NCBI GenBank assembly: GCA_965199855.1
Contig: OZ241326.1
Location: 2,272,001 to 2,336,000, forward strand
Source: a bacterium
GTDB lineage: Bacteria > UBA8248
Direction of reading: 5' to 3'
DNA length: 64,000 nt
Position 1 is the first letter of the stretch, and each line of letters opens with the position of its first letter. The notes under the pieces are model-generated. The model saw only the letters and a list, made by a program, of their open reading frames with translations. It searched no databases and was not told the DNA's origin. Shown piece after piece: positions 19,281 through 28,580 of this stretch. The position numbers and the translations under genes were made by a program.

Positions 19281-20102
19281 ATGGAAACCCAGGACTGGTA
19301 TTCCGTCAACGAATTCGCCCCGGGCAGCTACCAGATTACCGAAGGCGGCCGCTTCAACATGCTCCTTCTCGTGGGAGACGAGAAGGCGGTCGCCATTGAC
19401 GGCGGCATCGGGGTCGGCGACCTGAGAAAACTCCACGAGAGCATCACGGACAAGCCCATCGACTTCATCCTCACCCACACCCACTGGGATCACCTGGGCG
19501 CGGCGTGGCGGTGGGAGAAGGTGGGCGTTCACCCCGTCGGCAGGAGTCTGCTCGCCAACGACTTCTCCAAGCTCGAAAAAGCCTTCGTGAACACGTGGAA
19601 GACGAACGGAAACGCCTTTCCCGACTGGTTCGACGAGGAGACCTACTCCATCAGGCCCGCCGCGTTCGGCTGGACGCTCCGGGAGGGCGACTCCTTCGAC
19701 CTGGGCGGCAGAAAATTCCGCGTCTATGAGACGCCCGGGCACTCGCCGTGCAGCATCTCGCTCTACGACGAGCGCGAGAAGATTCTCGTATCGGGCGACC
19801 TGATCCGCTGCGAGGAATGCCTCTTCCTCCAGGTGCCGACGGCCGTGCTCTCCGACTACGCGCCCTCGCTGCGCAAGATGGAGAAGGTGGCGCGGGAAAA
19901 CGAGGTGCGCTGGATCACGTCGGGACACACCGCCCCCTACCCGGACCCCTCCATCATCGGCGAGCTGGCCCAGAACATGGAGGAGCTCGAAGCGGGCGCG
20001 CACGACCCGCCCGCCAAGGTGGACGGCGGCGCGTGGGGCGAGGTGGACGAGTACGTCTTCCCCCGCGTGAAGGTGTGGATTCAGGATCACGCGAGAAAGT
20101 AG
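19281..20102 (+). CDS. Metallo-beta-lactamase fold hydrolase
   Basis: THTHWDH, TPGHSP, SGD, SGH. Confidence 0.9.
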   Translation: METQDWYSVNEFAPGSYQITEGGRFNMLLLVGDEKAVAIDGGIGVGDLRKLHESITDKPIDFILTHTHWDHLGAAWRWEKVGVHPVGRSLLANDFSKLEKAFVNTWKTNGNAFPDWFDEETYSIRPAAFGWTLREGDSFDLGGRKFRVYETPGHSPCSISLYDEREKILVSGDLIRCEECLFLQVPTAVLSDYAPSLRKMEKVARENEVRWITSGHTAPYPDPSIIGELAQNMEELEAGAHDPPAKVDGGAWGEVDEYVFPRVKVWIQDHARK

Positions 20103-20135
20103 CGGCGCGGCGAAAACAGCGGAGGGCAAACGACA

Positions 20136-22082
20136 ATGAGCGCCCCGGACATCATCTGGCGTCCGAACGAGGATTTTCTGACGAACAGCCACGTCGCCAG
20201 GCTGATGAGGAAGCTCGGCATCGCCGACCACCGGGAGTTTCTGAAGTGGTCGGTTCGGGACATCCGCCGCTTCTGGGAGGTCGTCCTGGAGGACATGGGA
20301 CTCGCGTGGTACAGGCGCTATGACGAGCTTCTCGACATGAGCGGCGGCTTCCCCTGGGCGAAATGGTTCGTCGGCGGGGAGACGAACATCGTCCTGAACT
20401 GCATCGACCGCCACCTGGAGAGCGGCCGCAGGGATCAGACCGCCCTCGTCTGGGAGAGCGACGCGGGCGAGGTGCGCCAATTCACCTACGCCGAGCTCTC
20501 GGCGGAGGTCTCCCGCCTGGCCTGCGCCATGCGCGGGATGGGGCTGGGGCGCGGAGACGTGGCGGGCGTGTTCCTGCCCATGGTGCCCGAGGCCGCCATC
20601 GTCATGTATGCGTGCTTCAAGACGGGGGTGGCCGTCCTGCCCGTGTTCTCAGGCTTCGGGCCCGAGGGGCTGGCCGAGCGGCTCATCCACGCGGAGGCGC
20701 GCATCCTCTTCACGGCGGACGGCGCGGTTCGCCGGGGCAAAAAGGTTCCCCTGAAGGGGACGGCGGACGCCGCCCTCGAGCGGGCCTCGAAGGTGGAGAA
20801 GGTGGTGGTCGTCCGCCGCTCGGGCGATGCGGCGCCCATGCGCGCCGGGCGCGACGTATACTGGGAGGACTTCACGGAGGGCCAGGCCGCGGAGGCGGAG
20901 ACCGCGCGGCTTCCCGCCGACGCCGTCTCGATGATCATGTACACCTCCGGCACCACCGGCAAGCCCAAGGGAACCGTCTACACCCACGCCGGGCTGATGA
21001 GCGGCCCCGGGCGCGAACTCCGATACTGCCTGGACATGCGCGAGGGCGACGCGATTTTCTGGGTCACGGACTTCGGCTGGGTCATGGCGCCCTACGAGCT
21101 GGTGGGGGCGCACTTCAGCGGCCATTCCTGCCTCCTCTACGAGAGCGTGCCGAACCACCCGGCGCCCGACCGCCTCTGGCGCATCGTGGAGAGGCACCGG
21201 GTCAGCCACCTGGGGCTTTCGCCCACGGCCGTTCGCGTGCTGATCAGCGCGGGCGACGAATGGGTGGAGAAGCGCGATCTCTCCTCCCTGCGCGTGCTGG
21301 CCTCCACGGGCGAGCCCTGGGACCCGGAATCCTACATGTGGTATTTCGAGAAAGTGGGCGGGGGGCGGTGTCCCGTCATGAACATTTCGGGCGGCACGGA
21401 AATCGGCGCCTGCCTGCTCCAGCCCCTGCCCGTCATGGAGCTGAGCCCCTGCACGCTGGGCGCCCCCGCCATGGGAACGGACGCGGACGTGTTCGGCGAG
21501 GACGCCCGGCCGGTGCGCGGCGAGGTGGGCCACCTCGTTCTCAAGCAGCCCCTCCCCTCGCTCACCAACGGCTTCTGGAAGGAGCCGGAGCGCTACCTGG
21601 AGACCTATTTCTCCCGCTGGGAGGGCGTCTGGTATCACGGCGACTGGGCGAAGGTGGACGAGAAGGGCCTCTGGTATCTCTACGGACGCTCGGACGACAC
21701 CATCAAGGTGTCGGGCAAGCGCGTGGGCCCCAGCGAGATAGAATCCCAGCTCATCAAGCACCCGGACGTCATAGAGGCCGCCGTCGTGGGAACGCCGCAC
21801 CCGGTGAAGGGCGAGGGCCTCACCTGCTTCGTCGTCACGCGCGACTCCCGCGAGCCGGGCGACGCCCTGCGCGAGGAGCTCAAGGATCAGGCGGCGCGAT
21901 ACCTGGGCAAGAGCCTGCGCCCCGACGAGGTGCGCTTCGTCCGCGCCCTGCCCAAGACCCGCTCCGCCAAAATCGTGCGCAGCGCGATCAAGAAGGTCCA
22001 TCTGGGCCAGCCGGTGGACCACATGGACCTCAACTCGCTCGAAAACCCGGCGCACCTCGACGCCATCCGGGAGGCGCTCTAG
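20136..22082 (+). CDS. Acetyl/acyl-CoA synthetase (AMP-forming), copy 1
   Basis: YTSGTTGKPKG, GEPW, GRSDDTIKVSG, LPKTRSAK; 648 aa. Confidence 0.93.
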   Translation: MSAPDIIWRPNEDFLTNSHVARLMRKLGIADHREFLKWSVRDIRRFWEVVLEDMGLAWYRRYDELLDMSGGFPWAKWFVGGETNIVLNCIDRHLESGRRDQTALVWESDAGEVRQFTYAELSAEVSRLACAMRGMGLGRGDVAGVFLPMVPEAAIVMYACFKTGVAVLPVFSGFGPEGLAERLIHAEARILFTADGAVRRGKKVPLKGTADAALERASKVEKVVVVRRSGDAAPMRAGRDVYWEDFTEGQAAEAETARLPADAVSMIMYTSGTTGKPKGTVYTHAGLMSGPGRELRYCLDMREGDAIFWVTDFGWVMAPYELVGAHFSGHSCLLYESVPNHPAPDRLWRIVERHRVSHLGLSPTAVRVLISAGDEWVEKRDLSSLRVLASTGEPWDPESYMWYFEKVGGGRCPVMNISGGTEIGACLLQPLPVMELSPCTLGAPAMGTDADVFGEDARPVRGEVGHLVLKQPLPSLTNGFWKEPERYLETYFSRWEGVWYHGDWAKVDEKGLWYLYGRSDDTIKVSGKRVGPSEIESQLIKHPDVIEAAVVGTPHPVKGEGLTCFVVTRDSREPGDALREELKDQAARYLGKSLRPDEVRFVRALPKTRSAKIVRSAIKKVHLGQPVDHMDLNSLENPAHLDAIREAL

Positions 22083-22084
22083 CC

Positions 22085-24031
22085 ATGAGCGCGGACAACA
22101 TCATCTGGCGGCCGGGGGAGGATTTTCTCCAAAACTCGAACGTCGCCCGCTTCATGCGAAAGCATGATCTGGCGGACTACGAGGCGCTGCTCGCCTTCTC
22201 CCGGGAGGACATCGGCCGCTTCTGGGAGGCGATAGAGAAGGACATGGGCGTCTCCTGGCAGAAGCCCTACGAGCGGATCATCGACGCCTCGGGCGGCCTC
22301 CCCTGGACGAAGTGGTTCATCGGAGGCGAGCTCAACGTCGTCCACAACTGCATCGACAGGCACCTGGAGGGCGCCGCGCGCGACAGAACCGCCCTCGTCT
22401 GGGAGGGGGACGGCGGGGAGGTCCGCCGCTTCACCTACGCGGAGATGAGCGCGCGGGTCTGCCGGCTGGCGAACGCCATGCGCGGGATGGGGATGGGCGC
22501 GGGAGACGCCGCCGGCATCTTCATGCCCATGATTCCCGAAACCGTATTCGCCATGTTCGCCTGCCTGAAAATCGGGGCGGCGGCGATTCCCATCTTCTCG
22601 GGCTTCGGCCCTGAGGCGGTCGCCGAGCGTCTCGCCCACGCCGAGGCGCGGCTCGTCTTCACCGCGGACGGCGGGATGCGGCGCGGGAAGGAGGTCGGCG
22701 TGAAGGGGCTGATGGACGAGGCGCTCGCCCTCGGAACGCGGGTGGAGAAGGCGGTCGTCTTCCGGAGAACCGGGACGAGCGTCCCCATGCGGGAGGGGCG
22801 CGACGTATTCTGGGAGGACTTCATCGACGGCCAGCCCGACGACGCCGAAACCGCGCGCCTGCCCGCCGAGGCGCGCGCGCTCATCATCTACACCTCCGGC
22901 ACGACGGGCAAGCCCAAGGGCGCGGCGCACACCCACGCGGGGTGCATGATCAACGCGGCGAAGGAGATTCGCTACTGCCTGGATCTGAGGGAGCCGGACG
23001 TGTTCTTCTGGGTGACCGACATCGGCTGGATGATGGGCCCCTGGGAGATGCTGGGCGTCCAGTTCGCGGGCGGAACCTACCTCATCTACGAGGGCGCCCC
23101 GGACTGGCCCGCGCCCGACAGGCTGTGGAGGCTCCTGGAGGATCACGGGGTGACCATCTTCGGCGTCTCGCCCACCGCCGCGCGGCTCCTGATCAGCAGG
23201 GGCGACGAATGGGTGGAGAGGCGCGACCTCTCGCGGCTGCGCGTGCTGGGCTCCACCGGAGAGCCCTGGGATCCTGAATCCTACATGTGGTTCTTCGAGA
23301 AGGTGGGCGGCGGGCGATGCCCCGTCATGAACATCTCGGGCGGCACCGAGCTGTTCGGCTGCCTGCTCCAGCCCTACCCCGTCGCTCCGCTCGCCCCCTG
23401 CTCCCTGGGCGGCCCCGCCCTGGGCGCGGACGCGGACGTGTTCAACGAGGCGGGCGAACCCGCGCGGGGCGAAATCGGCCATCTCGTCTGCAAACAGCCG
23501 ACGCCCTCGATGACGAAGGGCTTTCTGAAGGACGACGAGCGATACCTCGAGACCTATTTCTCGCGCTGGCCGGACGTCTGGTATCACGGCGACTGGGCCA
23601 TGGCGGACGAGGACGGGCAGTGGTATCTCTACGGCCGCTCGGACGACGCCATCAACGTGGCGGGCAAGCGCGTGGGGCCCGCCGAGGTGGAGGCCGCCCT
23701 CATCCGGCACCCCGACGTCGTGGAGGCCGCCGTCATCGGCGCGCCGCACCCCGTCAAGGGGGAGGGGCTGTGCTGCTTCGTGGTGCTGGGCGAGGGCGCG
23801 GCGCCCGACGACGCGCTGCGCGAGGCGCTCAAGGACGAGGCCGTGAAGTATCTCGGCAAGAGCCTGCGGCCCGACGAGGTGAAGTTCGTCCGCGCCCTGC
23901 CCAAGACGCGCTCGGCGAAAATCGTCCGCGGCGCGATCCGCAAAATCCATCTGGGCGAGGACCCGGCGAGCATCGACGCCTCCTCCATCGAGACGCCCGA
24001 ATTCCTCCACGCCATCAGGGAGGCGCTGTGA
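22085..24031 (+). CDS. Acetyl/acyl-CoA synthetase (AMP-forming), copy 2
   Basis: Starts MSADNIIWRP 2 nt after copy 1 stop; same motifs; 648 aa. Confidence 0.93.
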   Translation: MSADNIIWRPGEDFLQNSNVARFMRKHDLADYEALLAFSREDIGRFWEAIEKDMGVSWQKPYERIIDASGGLPWTKWFIGGELNVVHNCIDRHLEGAARDRTALVWEGDGGEVRRFTYAEMSARVCRLANAMRGMGMGAGDAAGIFMPMIPETVFAMFACLKIGAAAIPIFSGFGPEAVAERLAHAEARLVFTADGGMRRGKEVGVKGLMDEALALGTRVEKAVVFRRTGTSVPMREGRDVFWEDFIDGQPDDAETARLPAEARALIIYTSGTTGKPKGAAHTHAGCMINAAKEIRYCLDLREPDVFFWVTDIGWMMGPWEMLGVQFAGGTYLIYEGAPDWPAPDRLWRLLEDHGVTIFGVSPTAARLLISRGDEWVERRDLSRLRVLGSTGEPWDPESYMWFFEKVGGGRCPVMNISGGTELFGCLLQPYPVAPLAPCSLGGPALGADADVFNEAGEPARGEIGHLVCKQPTPSMTKGFLKDDERYLETYFSRWPDVWYHGDWAMADEDGQWYLYGRSDDAINVAGKRVGPAEVEAALIRHPDVVEAAVIGAPHPVKGEGLCCFVVLGEGAAPDDALREALKDEAVKYLGKSLRPDEVKFVRALPKTRSAKIVRGAIRKIHLGEDPASIDASSIETPEFLHAIREAL

Positions 24032-24073
24032 GGCTCCCGCTCCCGCCTCCCGCGCGCGGGGAAGCGCCCTGAC

Positions 24074-24439
24074 GTGCTTCTCGACTGCCCGGAATGCGGG
24101 GGAGCCTTGAGCTCGGAGGCCGAATCCTGCCCGAACTGCGGCTACGTTCTGAACCCGCGGCCCACCTCGCTCGATCAGATTTTCGGCATCCTCGGCTGCT
24201 TCCTGAAGGCCATTCTGCTCCTGGTCGCCGCGGTTTTTCTTCTGTCGCTGTGCTCGGGCGAGAGCGGAATCAAGCGCATCCAGGCGCTGCGCGCGCCCTC
24301 CCCGCTCCCTCCATCCATGACCGCGCGCGAGGGCCGGAGCGCGAGTTCGGGAGAGAGCGTCGTCGGGGCGGCGGCGACGCGGCGCGGGAAGACGCGGGGA
24401 ATCACCGGAACGGCCGGACGCTTGAAGACGGCTCCGTGA
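24074..24439 (+). CDS. Zinc-ribbon membrane protein
   Basis: CPECG..CPNCG followed by a hydrophobic helix. Confidence 0.7.
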   Translation: MLLDCPECGGALSSEAESCPNCGYVLNPRPTSLDQIFGILGCFLKAILLLVAAVFLLSLCSGESGIKRIQALRAPSPLPPSMTAREGRSASSGESVVGAAATRRGKTRGITGTAGRLKTAP

Positions 24440-24594
24440 GCGGGATGAGCGCCTAGGGCGACTCCCCTCACCGCCCCGAAGTGAACGGGGGCGACGGCCG
24501 AACTTCCCGGCCGTCCGCCGCGCCCTTGTCCGCGCCCCCCCGAATCGCTAAGGTGGCCTCTCTCCATTCACGCGCGCGGGGGACGCCTCCTCTC

Positions 24595-25344
24595 TTGGAA
24601 TACTCGGGCCATCAGCTGCTCGCGGTGGGAATCGCCGCCTTCTGCGTGGGCTTTCTCAAGACCACCTTCAGCTCCGGCGTCGGCGTCTTCCTCGTCCCGG
24701 CCATGATCATGTTCTGGCCCACGCGCTTCATCATCGGAATCGTGGCCGTCGTCATGTGGGTGACGGATTTTTTCGCCGCCCCCATGTTCTGGAGGCAGTG
24801 GGAGGCGCGGTTTCTGCGCTTTCTCGTGCCGGGCTTCTACGCGGGCGTCGCCGTCGGCGTATTCGCGCTCGTGAACACGCCGGACTACTGGCTGAGAAAG
24901 GGAATCGGCCTCGCCTGCGTCTGCTTCGCCTCCCTGCTCGTCTGGCGCGAGCTCAGGGGGGAGATGAAGCCGCCGCCCGTCCACCCGGCGGTGGGGGTGG
25001 GCGTGGGCGTGGGCGGCGGAATCGTGAGCGCCATGTTCCACTCGGGCGGCCTGGTGCTGAGCCTCTTCTTCATCGGCCAGGGGCTTTCCAAGACGGCGGT
25101 GGTGGCGAGCATCATCATCACCTGGCTCTGGGTCAATCCCTTCAAGGTCGCCTCGCTCTGGGTCGGGGGCGTCGTGCGCGGCGAGATGATCATCGCGGGC
25201 CTCCTCGCCTTTCCCCTCGCCTGGGCCGGAAGCTGGTGCGGGCGCGCGACGCTCAGGAGAATCCCCCAGCGGGCGTTCACCCTCATCTTCCTGCTGCTCT
25301 CGCTCGTCACGGCGCTGCGCCTGCTCTCCGAGCCGAATCCGTGA
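24595..25344 (+). CDS. TauE/SafE (TSUP) family exporter, copy 1
   Basis: About 250 aa, 8 TM segments, TSUP-like two-fold pattern; start uncertain (24481 or 24595). Confidence 0.8.
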   Translation: MEYSGHQLLAVGIAAFCVGFLKTTFSSGVGVFLVPAMIMFWPTRFIIGIVAVVMWVTDFFAAPMFWRQWEARFLRFLVPGFYAGVAVGVFALVNTPDYWLRKGIGLACVCFASLLVWRELRGEMKPPPVHPAVGVGVGVGGGIVSAMFHSGGLVLSLFFIGQGLSKTAVVASIIITWLWVNPFKVASLWVGGVVRGEMIIAGLLAFPLAWAGSWCGRATLRRIPQRAFTLIFLLLSLVTALRLLSEPNP

Positions 25345-26090
25345 CGCCCGACTTCTCCCTCCTCGAGTGGGCCTTCGCGCTGGCGGCGGCGTTCTGCAGC
25401 GGCTTCCTCGTGCGCACGTTCGGGGCGGGGGTGGGCCTTACCATCACGCCGTTCCTCATCCTCGCGTTCTCGCCCACCTTCTCGCTCGGCCTCATCGCGC
25501 TCCTCAGCTGCTGGTCGGGGCTGGGCGCCGTCCCCGACCTCTGGGGCAAGTGGAACCCGCGCTACGTCCTCCTCTTCGCCCCCGGCGTCCTGCTGGGAAT
25601 CGCCGGCGGCGTCTGGCTGCTCACCCTGCTTCCGGGGACGGGGCTGAAAATCCTCATCGGCGTCATCTGCCTCTGCCTCGCCTCCTGGCAGACGATCGTC
25701 GAAATCCGGGGGCGCCCCTTCGAGATTCCTCCCCTGCCCGCGTGGCAGGGGGCGGGCTTCGGCTTCATGAGCGGGCTCTGCTCCGCGCTCGCCAACAGCG
25801 GGGCGATCTTCCTCACCCCCGTCCTCATCAGCCAGAGGCTGGACAAGCGCGCCCTCGTCAGCACGATATGGATCCTCTACTCGGTGATGAACCCCATCAA
25901 GGTCGCCGCCTACTGGCGCGTCTCGGTCGTCACGGCGGACACCTTCTGGGCGAGCCTGGTCGGGCTTCCCGCGCTGTGGCTGGGGCTGAGGACGGGCGCC
26001 CGGGCGCAGGAGAGGCTGAGCGGGCGCGCCTTCAACCTGTGCGTGCTGGGCATCGCCCTGGGCGGCTCGATTCGCCTGCTGTTCGGCTGA
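25341..26090 (+). CDS. TauE/SafE (TSUP) family exporter, copy 2
   Basis: GTGA overlap with copy 1; shared NPxKVA motif; 8 TM segments. Confidence 0.8.
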   Translation: MTPDFSLLEWAFALAAAFCSGFLVRTFGAGVGLTITPFLILAFSPTFSLGLIALLSCWSGLGAVPDLWGKWNPRYVLLFAPGVLLGIAGGVWLLTLLPGTGLKILIGVICLCLASWQTIVEIRGRPFEIPPLPAWQGAGFGFMSGLCSALANSGAIFLTPVLISQRLDKRALVSTIWILYSVMNPIKVAAYWRVSVVTADTFWASLVGLPALWLGLRTGARAQERLSGRAFNLCVLGIALGGSIRLLFG

Positions 26091-26168
26091 AGGCCCGCGC
26101 CCCCGCGTCACGCGCGAGAACGCGATGGCGCTTTACGGGTTCGGGGAGCGAGGGGGGAGGAGAGATTT

Positions 26169-26197
26169 TTGACGGGGAAACATTCAGTTGGCATAAT
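26169..26197 (+). promoter_or_regulatory. Putative sigma70 promoter of the ATPase-PIN operon
   Basis: TTGACG-N17-CATAAT with TG in the extended -10 position. Confidence 0.65.
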
Positions 26198-26281
26198 TGC
26201 TAAGGATTCGATTAAAGTAGCCGGAAGAATCCGACCCGTCAAGGCGAGGCTCTGCCGTCTCCGGTTGCTCATGGGGAGCGC

Positions 26282-27655
26282 GTGATGTTCAAGCATATCA
26301 ACCTCAAAAACTTCAAGGCGTGGCGGGAGCTCGACATCCCCCTAGGCCGGAGAATTACGGGACTTTTCGGGACCAACAGCTCGGGCAAGAGCAGCCTGAT
26401 CCAGTTCCTGCTCATGCTAAAAGAGACGAAGAACAACCCAGATCGCAACCTGGTCCTGGATTTCGGGGAATTCGGCGAGTTGATTAATCTGGGCAGCTTC
26501 GGCGACGTCATCCACGGAAAAGACGAAAAGCAGAAACTGGAATGGCGTTTGGATTGGAATGCCAAGGAGGAGGTCAAACTCCAAGATACCACCAAGGGCC
26601 GAAACAAAAACCTGGTTTCTTCCAAAGAGCTTTCAACAGAATCAGCTGTGACAATGCCGAAAGGGTCAAAGTCTCCGAAAACCCTGTTCATCAAATACGC
26701 AATCGGAGATATGACTTTCAAAATCGAGACGAAAGCTAAGCAGGAAAGCAGTTTTCGCCTTAGCTCATCCGGCTCGGATTTCGAGTTCCGCCGAATCCAG
26801 GGCAGGCCCTGGCAACTGCCCGGCCCCATTAAAACACATCTATTTCCCGACCAAGCGAAAACGTATCACCAGAATGCCGATTTACTAAGCGATCTGGAGG
26901 TAGCGTACGAAAAACTGTTTGATAGCGTTTTCTATCTCGGCCCGCTCCGAGAATATCCACACCGGCAATACAACTGGAGTGGCGGCAGTCCTCTCGACGT
27001 AGGCGTTCGAGGCGAACTCACCATGAACGCGATCCTCGCCGCATCGGAAAATGGAAGCGACTATCAGATGAGAAAAAGGGGCAGAAAACGCTCTTTTCAG
27101 GAAGTAGTCGCCATGAGACTTCAGGAAGTGGGGCTCGTCCATTCCTTTTCGGTAGCCGAAATCGCCAAGGGCTCCAACATCTACCAAGCGAAGGTGTCGG
27201 TGAAAAAAGAGAGCCCGGAAGTCCTTTTGACGGACGTGGGCTTCGGCGTATCCCAGGTTCTTCCGGCCGTCGTACTCCTGAATTATGTCCCGAAAAATTC
27301 TACGGTCATCCTTGAGCAACCGGAAATTCACCTGCATCCCAGGGTTCAAAGCGAGGTGGCGGACGCTATCATCGCCATTGCCGAAACGAGGGATTTACAA
27401 GTGATCGTAGAAAGCCACAGCGAGCACATTCTGCGCCGGCTTCAGCGGCGGGTGGCCGACGAAACCATACAGGCGGACTTGGTGAAACTCTATTTCGTAT
27501 CGCAGGAGAACGGCGAGGCGCGCCTTTCGGACATCGGCCTGAACGAATACGGAGAAATACAGAACTGGCCTGAGCATTTCTTCGGCGACGATATGGAGGA
27601 AATCTCGGAGACCAGAAAGGCCGCTCTGAAGCGCAGAATGGCCGCCGGGCAATGA
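26282..27655 (+). CDS. ABC-type ATPase (AAA_15/AAA_21-like) with DUF3696-like C-terminus
   Basis: LKNFK, Walker A GTNSSGKS, signature VGFGVSQ, Walker B ILEQPEIHLHP, H-loop ESHSEH, tail GEIQNWPEHFFGD; AT-richer codons. Confidence 0.9.
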   Translation: MMFKHINLKNFKAWRELDIPLGRRITGLFGTNSSGKSSLIQFLLMLKETKNNPDRNLVLDFGEFGELINLGSFGDVIHGKDEKQKLEWRLDWNAKEEVKLQDTTKGRNKNLVSSKELSTESAVTMPKGSKSPKTLFIKYAIGDMTFKIETKAKQESSFRLSSSGSDFEFRRIQGRPWQLPGPIKTHLFPDQAKTYHQNADLLSDLEVAYEKLFDSVFYLGPLREYPHRQYNWSGGSPLDVGVRGELTMNAILAASENGSDYQMRKRGRKRSFQEVVAMRLQEVGLVHSFSVAEIAKGSNIYQAKVSVKKESPEVLLTDVGFGVSQVLPAVVLLNYVPKNSTVILEQPEIHLHPRVQSEVADAIIAIAETRDLQVIVESHSEHILRRLQRRVADETIQADLVKLYFVSQENGEARLSDIGLNEYGEIQNWPEHFFGDDMEEISETRKAALKRRMAAGQ

Positions 27656-28143
27656 CGGACAGGTTTGTCATTGACACCAACGTCTTGGTCGTGGCGAACG
27701 GAAAGAGTCGTCAAGCCGATCCCAAATGCCAAATCGCTTGTATCGAGATGTTGGAGGGAGCTACCAAAGGGAAACGGGTTGCTCTCATCGACACCTGCAA
27801 TCTCATCATGGATGAGTACAAACTTCATTGCAGCTTTGCGGGAGAACCCGGCCCCGGGAACGCCTTCTTCAAGTTCCTGCATGACAACGAGTTTTCACAA
27901 AACAGCGTCATTCCCGTCCCGGTTCAAAAAACGCCGGACAAGGCCGGTGGATTCTCGAACCTTCCCCCGAACAAACTCGACAGGAGCGACAGGAAATTTC
28001 TGGCCGTCGCAAAGGCAGGGAGCGGGCGAATCGTCAACGCCACGGATTCGGACTGGTCGCAACATGCCGAGTTCATCGCCTCCGTCGGCGTCCAAGTCCG
28101 CGAACTCTGCCCGCAATGTCTGAAACAAAATGAGATAGGATAG
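27652..28143 (+). CDS. PIN domain ribonuclease-like protein
   Basis: VIDTNVL, MDEY, DRSDRKFLAVA, ATDSDW acidic tetrad; ATGA overlap with the ATPase. Confidence 0.85.
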   Translation: MTDRFVIDTNVLVVANGKSRQADPKCQIACIEMLEGATKGKRVALIDTCNLIMDEYKLHCSFAGEPGPGNAFFKFLHDNEFSQNSVIPVPVQKTPDKAGGFSNLPPNKLDRSDRKFLAVAKAGSGRIVNATDSDWSQHAEFIASVGVQVRELCPQCLKQNEIG

Positions 28144-28260
28144 AAACCAAACGTCGTAATCTTCGTTTTCCATCCCCCCCCGCAATCAGCCGAAAGAGGC
28201 GCTCTTTCCGGCGCGTTGTCCGCCATCCGGCTGAAACCTTGCGTTTTTCCCATGCGTCCG

Positions 28261-28560
28261 CGCGGTGCGCATTTGCCCGCATTTGCGCGTTGCGCGCCGT
28301 AAAGCCGATGCGTCAGAATCCCGCGCGTGAGGGCCGGAGAGAATTCTCCCGCCGTTCCCGGAGGATGGGACGACGTATTCAACGCGCGTGAAACAGATAT
28401 GGCGGCGCGAATGAAAATCATCCCGCATTTCTGCAAATTCAGACAAATTCACAGCTGTTTCAAAGCTTTTTCAGACAAATTCATGGCCCTTTCACAACCT
28501 TTTTCGGCGCGGGGAAAAGGCGGAAGGAGGCTTTCGTCATCCCCATAAGCGTTTGATATG
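28261..28560. repeat. Non-coding dispersed element, copy 1 (att-site/MITE-like)
   Basis: Reverse complement aligns with 33580-34035; block 28304-28354 matches 33945-33995 at 49/51 nt. Confidence 0.9.
28546..28558 (-). promoter_or_regulatory. IHF consensus site in element copy 1
   Basis: Minus strand TATCAAACGCTTA = WATCAANNNNTTR. Confidence 0.6.
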
Positions 28561-28580
28561 TGAAGGGATGGGCGGATTTC

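Noticed and set aside
20363-24031. 1222-aa ORF suggesting a giant fusion protein
   Set aside because: The first 574 codons are an off-frame overlap of ACS copy 1; the real gene starts at 22085
28431-28482. Short direct repeats as a possible CRISPR array
   Set aside because: 10-bp units with irregular spacing, no unique spacers, no cas genes
28327-28548. Small ORFs sharing FCKFRQIxSCFxAxSDKF (also 33574..33756)
   Set aside because: Differences between copies are mostly non-synonymous and starts/stops differ, so conservation is at DNA-motif level
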